60,700 bases of DNA from contig NC_068983.1 of NCBI RefSeq assembly GCF_001194135.2, positions 33,405,938-33,466,637 of the forward strand, given 5' to 3'. The stretch comes from Octopus bimaculoides. Lineage: Eukaryota. The translations under genes and the position numbers were made by a program. The notes beneath the pieces were generated by a model. The model did not search any database. It was not told the DNA's origin and saw only the letters and a program-made list of their open reading frames with translations. Shown piece after piece: positions 23,601 to 36,830 of the stretch (positions within the stretch are counted from its first letter, which is position 1; the number at the start of each line of letters is the position of its first letter).

Positions 23601-25044
23601 ATCTTACACGATATTGAAATATTACTTCAAAAGTGCTTTATTTAATTAGTTAGGATATTACTGTTTAAGACCTTTACTATGGATTCCAGAAACGAGGGAG
23701 AGAGAGAGAGAAATTTTATCCCCTTCAGTTTGCGTAGTGGCATTCGAATTGCCACGTGTATAAAGGTATAGAATTCGGAGCGGTATTTTGCGTTCCACAA
23801 GCTGTTAGAAGATCAGTTAATTATGATTCACACACTTATTGTGCGGTCCTTCAGTCGTTCTAACCCTTTTAAATGAACTCGAAAGGTTGGGCACCCAAGC
23901 AGGCTTTCGTGATATCCTTAAAGCCAGGAACTTTACAGCACCATCTCGTATGTGTATATATTATATAAATAAGTTATGCACATACATAAATATTTGGTTC
24001 CTACGTCCGTTTCACCCTCGCAGTTATTTTGATCTAAAACTTGGACTTTCCAAGTGCACTTTCGTGACGAACCGTGATGGATTATCAAGGGAACGCTATT
24101 TTGCATTCTGTTACAGAAAGCCAATATGTATTATAAACATATATATTCGTACATATGTATATATCTGTCTAAATCCATAATTTCGCAGTAGATGTTGATT
24201 GTGGATAGCTTATGAATGTAAACAATTACAGCAAAGATATAGAATCAATATTCCTTTTATTGGTCAGTTAATGTATTGCATCTGTTTCCATACATTCCCT
24301 TACTGATTAAAGATTGAACTGCCTTTGAAGACAAACGGGAATGTAAAGTAGAGAAATACTGATGTAGGTATACATACATATATACGCACACACATGATTG
24401 CATACATACATACGCGATGGCGTAGAGGGCTGTTTAAAAAGTATTTTTCTGTATTTATGCAGGCTTCTCCAACCTAAATCAGTAACTTGTTTATCCCTCC
24501 CATTATAGATAAGAGAAACACCTTATACCTACCAACGTAGCATTATTCCTATCGGATTTAAAAATATACCTTTTATTACGTGGAATTTTATTTGCACGAT
24601 TATGGCTGAAACCACCACCGCCACATCTATATCTATATCTATAAATATATGTGTGTGTGTAAATATATATAGATATATTCGCACCCACACATACACACAC
24701 CAACGTGCGCTCACACTAATGCACATTTGCACATATCTTTATATAATTCTATATATTTGACCTTATTCTGACGTGAATGTTCCGGTCTAAACTAGGGAAA
24801 AGAAAATGGTGTTTTGAAATACTTAGGTCCTATTAATTTCAATGCTATTAAACACTCTTAAGTTCTCTTAAGGTGTTATTAACCTCTAAATTATTTTAGA
24901 TCAGGCGAGACAGCTTATATTATGGAGAATTAAATAACTATATGCTCAATGGTGTGTTATCTAATTTTCAACGAACTCTTAATTAGCAAATTTATATCGC
25001 TAGAATGATATATTAGGAATACTGAATGGATAAAATAAATAAAT

Positions 25045-25196
25045 AGGCGCAGGAATGGCTGTGTGGTAAGTGGCTTGCTTACCAACCACATGGTTCCTGG
25101 TTCAGTCCCAGTACGTGATAACTTGGGCAAGTGTCTTCTACTATAGCCTTGGTCTGATCAAAGCCTTATGAATAGATTTGGTAGACGGAAACTGAA
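25045..25196 (+). mobile_element. SINE family A, 5' half
   Basis: aggcgcaggaatggctgtgtggtaag...ggtagacggaaactgaa, then unrelated sequence. Confidence 0.82.
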
Positions 25197-25408
25197 TAAT
25201 TATATTAAATCGAGACAAGACTTATCTCCTCCATACTGAATTAATGTCCAGTCTTTTTCGGTAGCTTCGTAATATTTAGACATTTATTCAGTATGGATGA
25301 GATAAATGTTGCTTCGAATTCCTCCCTTAGTATAAGTATGTATGTATGTATGTATGTATGTATGTATGTATGTATGTATGTATGTATGTATGTATGCATG
25401 TATGTATG

Positions 25409-25452
<44 letters not shown>

Positions 25453-25640
25453 CATACATATACAATATATATNNNNNNNNNNNNNNNNNNNNNNNNNNNN
25501 NNNNNNNNNNNNNNNNNNNNNNNNNNNNNNNNNNNNNNNNNNNNNNNNNNNNNNNNNNNNNNNNNNNNNNNNNNNNNNNNNNNNNNNNNNNNNNNNNNNN
25601 NNNNNNNNNNNNNNNNNNNNNNNNNNNNNNNNNNNNNNNN

Positions 25641-25665
<25 letters not shown>

Positions 25666-25673
<8 letters not shown>

Positions 25674-25880
25674 TCGTGTGTCTGTGTCTGTCCCCCATCG
25701 CTGCTTGACAACCTATGTTGGTGTGTTTACGTCCCCGTAACTTAGCGGTTCGACAAAAGTAACCGATAGAATAAGTACTAGGCTTACAAAGAATAAGTCC
25801 TGGGGTCGATGTGTTCGACTAAAGGCGGTGCTCCAGCATGGCCGCAGTCAAATGACTGAAGCGAATAAAAGAATCAAAGA
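25666..25880 (+). mobile_element. SINE family A, 3' half (after a gap)
   Basis: gtcccccatcgctgcttgacaacc...gcagtcaaatgactgaa. Confidence 0.82.
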
Positions 25881-26979
25881 AAATACACATACACAGAGAG
25901 ACACACATATAGACATGCATATGCATATATACATACATGCATATGTATATGTGTGTGTGTGTGTCTATACACACAAATACACGCATACATATAATAAAAA
26001 AACACACACGTACACACATCTATGGGTATATATTTATATATATATATATGAATACACATACAGAGACACACACTCACACACACACACGAACGCACACACA
26101 CACACACACACACCCATACACACAGACACAGACACACACACATATGGGGAGAGAGTTACTAACATTCAGATACACATATACTTGTGTAGAAACACAGGCG
26201 TAGATAAACATTACTATATCTGCATATGTATGTTCATATGTCGCTCTACATATAAGTATAAACATATATTTGTGTATATGTTTCTGTATGTGTGCATGAG
26301 TACATTAACATATGCGTGAGTGTGTTTGTGTGTGTGAGCGCATGTGTGTGAATATGTGTGTGTTTGTGTGTGTGTGCTTATACATGGATTTATATATATA
26401 TGTGTGTATCTGTAGTCTATATGACTGTATATATTGTATGTGCCTGTGAATATATTTTAAGTTTTATGTCTATGTTTATAAGAAAAATACAAATTTGACT
26501 GTCTTAGTTTCTGCTCGTATGCCGTGTCGTATCGCATATTTGTCTTGCATCACTCATTACAGTCTGTATGGCTATAAACATCTTTACAAAACATTTCCTG
26601 CTCTTAATGAGATCTTTATGTATTAAGTTGATAATAATTTTTCTGTCTTGAAACATTAATGCAAAAATTGAGTGTCTGGTGTCATGTTTCTAAGTAGACA
26701 CGCTATATATACCGAGCTGCTATATAAAAAGGGACTCATGACAAACGTTTCATTTTTTTAAATGGCAACTCTGGAGATGTGCTGATTTAATGATTGCCTA
26801 AGTACAGAGAACGTATTTCAGCTGTATAATTATAACTGAAACACATGTAACAGTGCTATGTGTAAATGTTTACTGAAGAAATTCTCGAAACTTGTTTGAC
26901 ACGTGCAAAGCAAAATCTTCACTGAGATATTCCTCTGTACTGAAGTGTTTCTGTTAATCATATATGAAGATTACTTTCC

Positions 26980-27044
<65 letters not shown>

Positions 27045-27051
27045 GATGGTA

Positions 27052-27421
27052 GCACTACGTCGGTTGCGACGACGTGTGTTCCAGTTGATCCGATCAGCGG
27101 AACAGCCTGCTCGTGAAATATAACGTGCAAGTGGCTGAGCACTCTAGCAGATACGTGTACCCTTAATGTAGTTCTCCGCGTGACACAGAGTGTGACAAGG
27201 CTGGCCCTTTGAAATACAGGTACAATAGAAACAAGAAGAAAGAATGAGAGAAAGTTGTGGCAAAAGAGTACAGCAGGGTTCGCCACCACCTCCTGCCGGA
27301 GCCTCGTGGAGCTTTAGGTGTTTTCGCTCAATAAACACTCACAACGCCCGGTCCGGAAACCGAAACCGTGATCCTACGAGCGCGTATCTGCTTCCCTAAC
27401 CACTGGGCCATTGCGCTTCCA
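27052..27421 (-). mobile_element. SINE family B
   Basis: Colinear with 7143-7513. Confidence 0.88.
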
Positions 27422-27429
27422 TATACATG

Positions 27430-27965
27430 ATATATATATTCCTCCAGTACTGTTCTGACCTCTTCAGCACAATTCGTATTTTTTTCCATCTAAATGATTT
27501 TGAAGACTGCAGAATAAATGATAATCTGATGGAGTAATGTCCGGCGAATAAGGTGGGTGGGCATTGTTTCTCATTCAAATTGCTTCAGTGTTTGTAGTCA
27601 TCTTCGCTGTATGTGGTCGAGCATTATCCTGATGGAAGAGCACCTTTCGTCTTGAAACCAAAGACGATCGTTTTTCTTCAAGCGCTGACTTGAATGATTG
27701 GTTAATTGACCAAATCCAAGCTTCTCCGCAAGTTCCTCAACAAGTACGATCGGATTTTTTCCCACCAGGGTTTGCAGGACGTGCACGTGAAGCTCTCCAG
27801 ATCTCTCAGTACAAGGCTTGTCATCTAGGCTGTAGTCTCCGACTCGGAATTTCGAGATCCACCTTTGACACTGGTTTACGCTTATTGTTCGATCCCCCTA
27901 CACTGCATTAACATTCTTCGCGCTTTCTCTTGTGTTGTTGCCTTTATTGAACTCATAAAGCAATA
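27430..27965 (-). mobile_element. Internally deleted mariner of a second family (transposase pseudogene)
   Basis: The N-terminal HTH region YEFNKGNNTRESAKNVNAV*GDRTISVNQCQRWISKFRVGDYSLDD is joined to the C-terminal HPPYSPDITPSDYHLFCSLQNHLDG (the mariner YSPDLAPSD motif); most of the DDD core is missing. Confidence 0.85.
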
Positions 27966-28830
27966 TATATAAAATATATAAATTTAAATAATAAGGGGGA
28001 AAATTGAATATTAATTTGATTAATATCAATTTAAAACGAGTGGCCTAGCATATTGAAAAATCTGATTATTCAGAAAAATTATATTACATACATACAGGAT
28101 TTGTGATTAATCTTTATATTTTCTATGTTTTCATTAGCCTTACTCGCTTACGTTCTGGCGTTTGCTGAATTTTCTTGAGAACAATCTTTTCTTAGTGGTA
28201 AGACCATAGGGGGTCGACTTCTAGTATAATGGATGTCCATTTAATGGTCATCCCTCTNNNNNNNNNNNNNNNNNNNNNNNNNNNNNNNNNNNNNNNNNNN
28301 NNNNNNNNNNNNNNNNNNNNNNNNNNNNNNNNNNNNNNNNNNNNNNNNNNNNNNNNNNNNNNNNNNNNNNNNNNNNNNNNNNNNNNNNNNNNNNNNNNNN
28401 NNNNNNNNNNNNNNNNNNNNNNNNNNNNNNNNNNNNNNNNNNNNNNNNNNNNNNNNNNNNNNNNNNNNNNNNNNNNNNNNNNNNNNNNNNNNNNNNNNNN
28501 NNNNNNNNNNNNNNNNNNNNNNNNNNNNNNNNNNNNNNNNNNNNNNNNNNNNNNNNNNNNNNNNNNNNNNNNNNNNNNNNNNNNNNNNNNNNNNNNNNNN
28601 NNNNNNNNNNNNNNNNNNNNNNNNNNNNNNNNNNNNNNNNNNNNNNNNNNNNNNNNNNNNNNNNNNNNNNNNNNNNNNNNNNNNNNNNNNNNNNNNNNNN
28701 NNNNNNNNNNNNNNNNNNNNNNNNNNNNNNNNNNNNNNNNNNNNNNNNNNNNNNNNNNNNNNNNNNNNNNNNNNNNNNNNNNNNNNNNNNNNNNNNNNNN
28801 NNNNNNNNNNNNNNNNNNNNNNNNNNNNNN

Positions 28831-28871
<41 letters not shown>

Positions 28872-31484
28872 ATACACACACACACACAACATACATACAC
28901 GCACATTTGTGTGTGTGTGTGTGTGTGTGTGTTGTGTGTATGTATGTGATTGTGTGTGTGTACAGTGTTATATTCCGTACGCATAATGCTAGTTATATTC
29001 CGTACGCATAATGCATGATTATCTTTTTAACTAAACATTTGATGGAAGTCCAGTGATTTGTATTATCTCTCGGCCCCGTATTTAACTCAAGTTTCCGTAA
29101 TGTCGAGCATATATCAGATGCATGTTCCCATAGCAACAGATCTTTGTTAATTGCAGGGTCTTCAGCATTTTTCAAGAAAAGCATTAGAAATCCTTACTTA
29201 ATTTGGGGTTGAAATTGCTATGTCTTCCTCTTCACGTCAATCGTACTGACGCTGTTTGGAACGATACGGTCGTCTCTACCGTGTGGTAGCTATTAGCAAT
29301 TAAGTAGACTGAGGCATTTCAGAATTGTGTTTTTCTTTATTTGATCATTTATACATTTCAGTGTTACACGAAATTTCAGCTTGTTGTATGTTATTTTGTT
29401 TACTCATTTAGTTTTAACTGTTAGATAATTGAATAATCAGTTCATCATAGCATGTTTAGCGCGTTGCGCTCGTATTTTTATTGTCTTGATATCACGACAA
29501 TAGATAGATTAAAGATGTCACAGCAGATTCGTGCACTTTTACAGTAATGAAGCGACGTTATCTATTACAAAAAATATACTGTATTTAATTAGTGCATGTA
29601 CGTCTGTGTGTGTAAACTTATGTTTGTGTGTATCTGTGTGTTAACGCCTTGAACTAGCGTGTCTATGTGTAAGCACGAGTATTCATGTGTATAAGTATAC
29701 GTATTTATGTATAGTTATATGTATGTATATATGCATGTATGTCTTTAGATGTGTGTATATGTGATATATTACAGTGTGTTTGAATTTGCATATTTGTACC
29801 TACATGACCATATTCCAATATACGTATAGGATTGTATGTGACGTAATCCTCATTAGAAAACAGCTACAAGAGAAAAACAGGAGCAACATTATAGCCTGTT
29901 CATTACATCTATGTATCGGTCAATGACTTTTACTATGGAACTTCTGGAGGATATTTCTGCATAGCTTGATGTTCACTCAATTTCGAATCAATACTCCGCC
30001 AGCCCCATACAAATATGATAGGCCTAGTTATTATTATGGGACGGAGATCTTAGTCGTTCACTGTAAAAATAAGATTCAAATAAAAAAAGTGAGCTGGTTC
30101 TCCTTCTCTTAAATAATTTCCTCACGTGTGTGAATATAATTTCACACAGTAAAAGGAAAGAGACGTGAAAGTCACCATTAGGTTTCAACTCGTCAGGAAA
30201 CTTTTCAGTATCAGGTCACTACCAGGTTCAGCCGAAAATAGCATTGAAATGCATTTTACTATTATATATTCATGACTGTACTCTTGTAGATCAAATTCCA
30301 CAAACTGTACTGGCTATCGTCTTTTATAAGCAGTTATAGCTTATGAAAGAATAGTCAAGAAAATTAATGCCAAGAAAACTGGTTCATCTGTGAATTGTAC
30401 ACTTCACCATGACTCTTTCTCCGACTTAGCTCAACAGGCAGCAACATTGCTTACGACTAAATAGTGAAGGAGAAGTTAGAGTGCCCCAAAGAGGTCTCTA
30501 TTTGAATGAACCAGAACGGAGAGATTCTCTAAACAACAATCTGTCTCTATATCGAGTTTCTCGACTACCATTAAAATTATGGAGGGATTTAATGCTCAGT
30601 GTTTTCAGAAGATGAAGTTAAGATTACATAGGAATCCTCCGTCAAACCAACGTTAGAATGAATCGAATCCATATTAAACACACATCAACTGAGACAGCTT
30701 AGACATGCAGTGTGTTTGTGAGTCTTGCGTATTTTCCATGGAATTGTCCACGGCCCGCTATACTATATTCAATGTCAGTTCAAAGGAAGAAAGAACAATC
30801 CAGTAGTCACTTTGAGGAAGAGTAATAACAAAGTTATAAGAATGGTACACAACATTATCCTTCGCTCACATTGATATCGATACTGTTGTAGAAGAGGCTG
30901 ATGATATAAAGGAGAAGTACACCCAGTAATACCAGGACGAGAGGGAAATGACACATTCACGTGGAATTATCACTGGCCTCCCTAACCAAATATTTATATG
31001 TTTGTTTTACGAACTAATTTCTATATCCTGTGTTATGATCTACGATCATCAAAGGAGCCACAATTGAGGGGGAAATTAGATGGACATTATTAGATTCGAC
31101 GGTCATCTATTAACAAATGAGGATACAAGTATAACTATATGCATATAATTGAATGCGAGTCTGTGTACGTGTATTTGTATGTGTAAGTATATGTATGTCT
31201 ATATGCGTGTTGACATGGGTATGTTTATGCATACATGTCCATGTTTCAGTATGTATATGAGTGTTCATGTGTGCGCGCGTGTGTGTGCGCGCACGAGCGT
31301 GCATACGTTTGTGCTTGTGTGAATATTATCCATTCGAATGTATTCCCAATGGTAAAATAAATCATGTTCCAGACTTCCAATTAATGGGCTGCTAATTAAT
31401 AAGCAATAATTCAGATGAGAAATTATTATTGAGGTTTGTGTGCATGTGTGTATGTGTGCGTGTGAACGTGATATATACATATAC

Positions 31485-31518
<34 letters not shown>

Positions 31519-31620
31519 GTGTGAGTGTGTGTGTGTGTGNNNNNNNNNNGTGTGTGTGTGTGTGAGTGTGTGTGTGTGTGTGAGTGTATTTGATGATATC
31601 AAGTTAGCAATTTTATCGTG

Positions 31621-31988
31621 GCACTCTGTCGGTTATGACGACGAGGGTTCCAGTTGATCCGATGAACGGAACAGCGTGCTCGTGAAATTAACGTGTAAGT
31701 GGCTGAGTACTCCACAGACACGTGTACCCTTAACGTAGTTCTCGGGGAGATTCAGCGTGACACAAAATGCGACAAGGCTGACCCTTTGAAATACAGGTAC
31801 AACAGAAACAGGAAGAAAGAGTGAGAGAAAGTTGTGGAAGAGTACAGCAGGATTTGCCGCCACCCCTACCGGAGCCCCATGAAGCTTTAGGTGTTTTCGC
31901 TCAATAAACACTCACAACGCCGGAATCGAAACCGCAATTGTACGACCGTGAATCCGCTGCCCTAATCACTGGGCCATTGCACCTCCAC
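31621..31988 (-). mobile_element. SINE family B
   Basis: Colinear with 7143-7513. Confidence 0.88.
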
Positions 31989-32604
31989 AGGGATTTTATA
32001 CTAATTACACATCCATATAGTCATTTATTGTTGCACGTAAATATTTCCAGACATTACATCCAAACAGTACAAGTGGAGCCATCTGTCGGTCGTAAGTGAA
32101 TATGATTTAGTAACATGTACCGTAAATATGCTAATTGATTCGGGGGCTTATGTAATGGTGAACAGATAATAAAAACAATTTTTGTTGACGCAGATCGACA
32201 CTGGTTTCTGCGGAGAGTTTCTTTTCTTTTTCTTATTTGTATCTATTACTCGTTGTAGCCCAAATCCTTCGTGTTGCACGAAATGTTTCTCCAATTTCAT
32301 GATCGATCGTTCTTTTCCTCAAACAATATCCCATCATAATTCTTTTCTCTAAACATGTTTTTATTCTCGGTTTATCGGTTTAGCATGAACTTTAACATCA
32401 CTAACTTGTTTCTGTTTTCACACGATCTAAGAAAAATCCAGATAAGAAATAGTTACTTATTTCCTTCTTCTTCTTCTTCTTCTTCTTCTTCTTCTTCTTC
32501 TTCTTCTTCTTCTTCTTCTTCTTCTTCTTCTTCTTCTTCTTCTTCTTCTTCTTCTCCCTACTCCTCCCTCACCTATTATGTCTCACTACACTCACAAAAA
32601 ATAA

Positions 32605-32635
<31 letters not shown>

Positions 32636-32639
32636 CTTC

Positions 32640-33134
32640 NNNNNNNNNNNNNNNNNNNNNNNNNNNNNNNNNNNNNNNNNNNNNNNNNNNNNNNNNNNNN
32701 NNNNNNNNNNNNNNNNNNNNNNNNNNNNNNNNNNNNNNNNNNNNNNNNNNNNNNNNNNNNNNNNNNNNNNNNNNNNNNNNNNNNNNNNNNNNNNNNNNNN
32801 NNNNNNNNNNNNNNNNNNNNNNNNNNNNNNNNNNNNNNNNNNNNNNNNNNNNNNNNNNNNNNNNNNNNNNNNNNNNNNNNNNNNNNNNNNNNNNNNNNNN
32901 NNNNNNNNNNNNNNNNNNNNNNNNNNNNNNNNNNNNNNNNNNNNNNNNNNNNNNNNNNNNNNNNNNNNNNNNNNNNNNNNNNNNNNNNNNNNNNNNNNNN
33001 NNNNNNNNNNNNNNNNNNNNNNNNNNNNNNNNNNNNNNNNNNNNNNNNNNNNNNNNNNNNNNNNNNNNNNNNNNNNNNNNNNNNNNNNNNNNNNNNNNNN
33101 NNNNNNNNNNNNNNNNNNNNNNNNNNNNNNNNNN
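32640..33134. other. Assembly gap that truncates mGluR exon c
   Basis: A run of 495 N starts directly after codon CAT (His) of exon c and is bordered on the other side by (TTC)n. Confidence 0.95.
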
Positions 33135-33310
33135 ATGACGTAACAGTTCTTCTCCGGGTAAATTGCGGCTGGCTCGGCACAATTTCACTTCGCTATTACA
33201 TTTTTCTTTGATCATATTTTCAACCGCATGTGCCAATGAATAGACGGAATCAATTACAAATTGCACCAATCCTTCCTGTTGGTAGCTGACCCTGTCAAGG
33301 CTTTCGTCGC
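33135..33310 (-). CDS. GRM: mGluR-like gene, coding exon c (3' end hidden by an N gap): (G)DESLDRVSYQQEGLVQFVIDSVYSLAHAVENMIKEKCNSEVKLCRASRNLPGEELLRH...
   Basis: Strong acceptor ctctttccttctctgttgcag|GC at 33311/33310, phase 1. Matches the mGluR motif YEQEGKVQFVIDAVY..A.AL..M. The reading frame runs into the gap 32640-33134. Confidence 0.93.
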
Positions 33311-33540
33311 CTGCAACAGAGAAGGAAAGAGAGAGGTTATGAGTGAGAAAAAAAAAAGAAAAAAAAGAAGAATGTTTCCAATATTATGACATCAGTATTT
33401 CTGAGGATATACTTGTGTTGTTTTCAGTTGTTTTAAGCTGCTGCCATGCCGGGTATTGCGTACAAATCTTTCAATCGATCATATACACATCAGTACTTAT
33501 TTCACTTCGGTGTTTTTTTAACCAATTATACATATTGAAT

Positions 33541-34112
33541 GTGTGGTAAGTAGCTTGCTTACAAACCACATGAATCCGGGTTCAGTACCACTGCGTGACA
33601 CCTTGGGCAAGTGTCTTCTACTATAGCCCCGGGCCGACCAAAGCCTTGTGAGTGGATTTCGTAGACGGAAACTGAAANNNNNNNNNNNNNNNNNNNNNNN
33701 NNNNNNNNNNNNNNNNNNNNNNNNNNNNNNNNNNNNNNNNNNNNNNNNNNNNNNNNNNNNNNNNNNNNNNNNNNNNNNNNNNNNNNNNNNNNNNNNNNNN
33801 NNNNNNNNNNNNNNNNNNNNNNNNNNNNNNNNNNNNNNNNNNNNNNNNNNNNNNNNNNNNNNNNNNNTGTGTGTGTGTGTGTGTGTGTGTGTAAGTGTGT
33901 GTGTGTGTATGTTTGTGTGTCTGTGTTTGTCCCCCCAACATCGCTTGACAACCGATGGTGGTGTGTTTACGTCCACGTAACTTAGCGGTTCGGCAAAAGA
34001 TACCGATAGAATAAGTACTAGGCTTCCAAAGAATAAGTCCTGGGGTCGATCTGCTTGGCTAAAGGCGGTGCTCCAGCATGGCCGCAGTCAAATGACTGAA
34101 ACAAGTAAAAGA
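33541..34112 (+). mobile_element. SINE family A (an N gap covers the central microsatellite)
   Basis: Head 33541-33677 and tail 33905-34112. Confidence 0.85.
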
Positions 34113-34439
34113 GAGAGAGAGAGAGTAACTAAATTACACATTTTATTAGAACGACGGTTTTAAACCGGTAAATATTATATAGCCACGAATACAAAGAAAC
34201 ACATCTCACTAGTGTAATTGTACTGGATTCTGAAATGCCTACACCATCATCCTTCTTTATTCTACTTTTTCCCGACCCCACCTTGAGTACTGTTGCCCTT
34301 GAGTATGTGGTCCCCCCATACAAAGCAACTCATTATGAAAATAGAAGCACTTCAGAGGTCAATGACAAGAAAGACGACATGAGAAGCATTGATTATTGGG
34401 GGTCGACTAAAAAAAACTCAATTTCTACGTTCTCCGACG

Positions 34440-34800
34440 CCACCGAGAGCGCTAGCATTTGTGTTATGTGGAAAATATTCCATCAATATTTCACAAATAA
34501 TGTTGGCATCAATTTTAAAATCCATCCAAGACTTGGCCACCGCGCTATCCGCCCACTTCAAAAATCAAACTCGATACACATAGCAACATTACGTCACAAT
34601 TACTTTACCTCAACCGGTCCAGCTCTTTTTAATACCATACCAAAATACATCAAAATGGAAACGGATCCCATAAAATTTAAATATTCACTGGACAAATTTC
34701 TTCATAAAATCCTGGACCAACCTCCTACATCCGTATATGTCTCCAACAATAATAACTCTTTGCTAGAGTGGGCTATGGTGCCCTATACATGACTAAAAGA
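34440..34800 (+). mobile_element. 3' end of a CR1/L2-type LINE ORF2
   Basis: ICVMWKIFHQ...HPRLG...YFTSTGPALFN.IPK.IK...FK.SLDKFL.KI.DQP...NSLLEW* resembles the typical C-terminus of this LINE group. Confidence 0.7.
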
Positions 34801-34989
34801 TTTCACCAGGTGGTGCTACTGGGTTAGACATGGCCTGGGCCAGTATAGGCCGAAACCTATTAAAAATAACAAAGTATGGAATTCAAATAGATCTCTAGCT
34901 CGTCAATGGTGATACTTGCTGACTATCAGCTATATGGACTAAAATAACCAGCTAAGCAGGGCACATAGCACCTGCTATTCATGCATCTC

Positions 34990-35800
34990 CTGTCAACATA
35001 TAACAGAAATTCAACAACATTGACGACCACATTAAGTTCCGGATTGAAAATCTAACAACACCTGGTCCCTTTCTTCTGCTTGATTCTCAACTCTATATTA
35101 CAAAGAAGGGATCTGTCTAAACCAATTGTTTTGAAAAAGTGGCCAAGAGGAACCTATTCGTGGACTACTTATCGGCCGTTCCTACCAGAATCAAAGACGC
35201 TTATGTACAAAATGAAATTTCTCGGATGTGTAACAAATGCAGCGAGGCAACTGATAAAGCTGTCAATACCAAAAAATTTGAAAGGGATTTACAAAGTAAC
35301 ATGTCCATCATCTTTCCTCAAACGTCGAGAAGTTCGTACACACTGAAGAAAGACGTATACTCCCAGTGATGGAACGTGTTTCTTAAGACTCGCTATATTT
35401 CGACAATAGAACAGCTACTACAATTCAACAAATGATCAATAAAGAACATTTAAACATTGAGTTGGGAAACACCAGGATCTCTTTGAGGATATTCCTGTTT
35501 GAAAATCGACAACCAGACAGTAACTAAATATGCACACTTGTTAACTGCCCCGTACATGTGACAGTTCATGTTTCGGAAACACCGCTCGAAAACTACATAA
35601 ACACATCAAGGAACACAAACAGATAAACAGATCATTCATAAACATCAGGAGAAATGCTTACAGGTAGAATGTTTCGGTTACCATCAAGATAACAGAGTGT
35701 AACATGGGTATTTCGAAAATCTAAGCAGCCCTTTTTATAACAATGGTGAAATCTTCGACCAAGAGCAGACGTGAGATAAATGCGGTGGATTAGCTATTAT
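34990..35800 (+). mobile_element. Penelope-like retroelement fragment (RT thumb plus degenerate GIY-YIG endonuclease)
   Basis: FNNIDDHIKFRIE...PFLLLD...DYLSAVPTRIKDAYVQNEISRMCNKCS...KFERDLQSN (compare PLE IKFT.E...LPFLD...YL...S.HP..K), then C..CDSSCFGNTARKLHKHIKEH (compare C..C...YIG.T.R.L..R..EH). Confidence 0.72.
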
Positions 35801-36618
35801 AACAATACTATTTTGCGCATGTCACAAATTCCCCCTCTTTCCATACTTCTGAGCAAAAGATAGTGGCACAACACCATTCTTCATTTTCTCTTGAAGGATA
35901 ATTAATCTCGAAATATAGAAACGTAAAGTAAAGTACAAAATGTTGTTCTATTTTCCTTACTTCAGTTTACACTAATATATTCCCATTTGCATTGTATTGG
36001 CTTTTGAACAATTTCAGTCTTAACTTTGAATATTTCACAATGCTTCTCTATACTTATATACATACATTACTACAAACTACACTATACGGTACACGTACAT
36101 ACATACATACATACATACATACATACATACATACATACATACATAGAAATCAACCGATTTGCACATTACAAATACTATCTGTAAGTAGAACAGTAAAATT
36201 ATACAAGACTTTACTCAGGTTTAAAATGTAACATTATTTTCGTTATCTACATTTCAATGATGGAGTTTTGTATCTTTGTTAGAAATCAGCTCCATCTTCA
36301 GAGGAAGAATTTAAATGAGCACGTACATACATTGATATAAGCAACGGACTTATGCAAAGTTTCCGTCGACCAAATTGCATCGACAAACATCAACCAAACC
36401 AACGCTACAGGAAAAGATACTCTAGTCTAAGGCGCCACGTAGGTGGATCCAGAATCATTTTGTTGCGAAGTGAACTTAATTACACAAAGGTCTGCATACT
36501 AGTGCACGAAACTGTCTCCTCTCTCTCTAACTCTGTCTGTCTCTCTTTCTCTCTCTTCATCCATTTTAATCATCTGGAATTAGGAACACTGAAAACGTTT
36601 GATACTTAAAAAAGAAGA

Positions 36619-36830
36619 GAGCCTTCTATGTGGTGGCTTGATCTGTTAAAAATAACAGACAGCAACTTCTGCTTGTCTACCTGTCTGTCATTTTCTCTCT
36701 GTCACTCTCTCTCTCTCTCTTTCTTTCTCTCTAACGTTACATTCCACCCAAATAACGCATTGGATATCGTATTCCCAGATTAAAAAAAAAACCAAAATGT
36801 ATATGTTGGTCACTAACGGAAATCTTATGA
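36619..36830 (+). mobile_element. Short interspersed repeat, family D (degenerate, with a (CT)n insert)
   Basis: agccttctatgtggtggcttgatctgttaaaaataacagacagc...cattggatatcgtattcccagat. Confidence 0.45.

Noticed and set aside
35890-35914. Hammerhead-like cttgaagga-taattaa-tctcgaaa downstream of the Penelope fragment
   Set aside because: The position is suggestive, but the CUGANGA core is broken and stems I and III cannot be drawn.
36250-36305. Minus-strand ctgaaga-tggag...ctcca-tcatt-gaaa hammerhead-like motif
   Set aside because: Five extra bases separate stem II from GAAA, so it is not a valid core.
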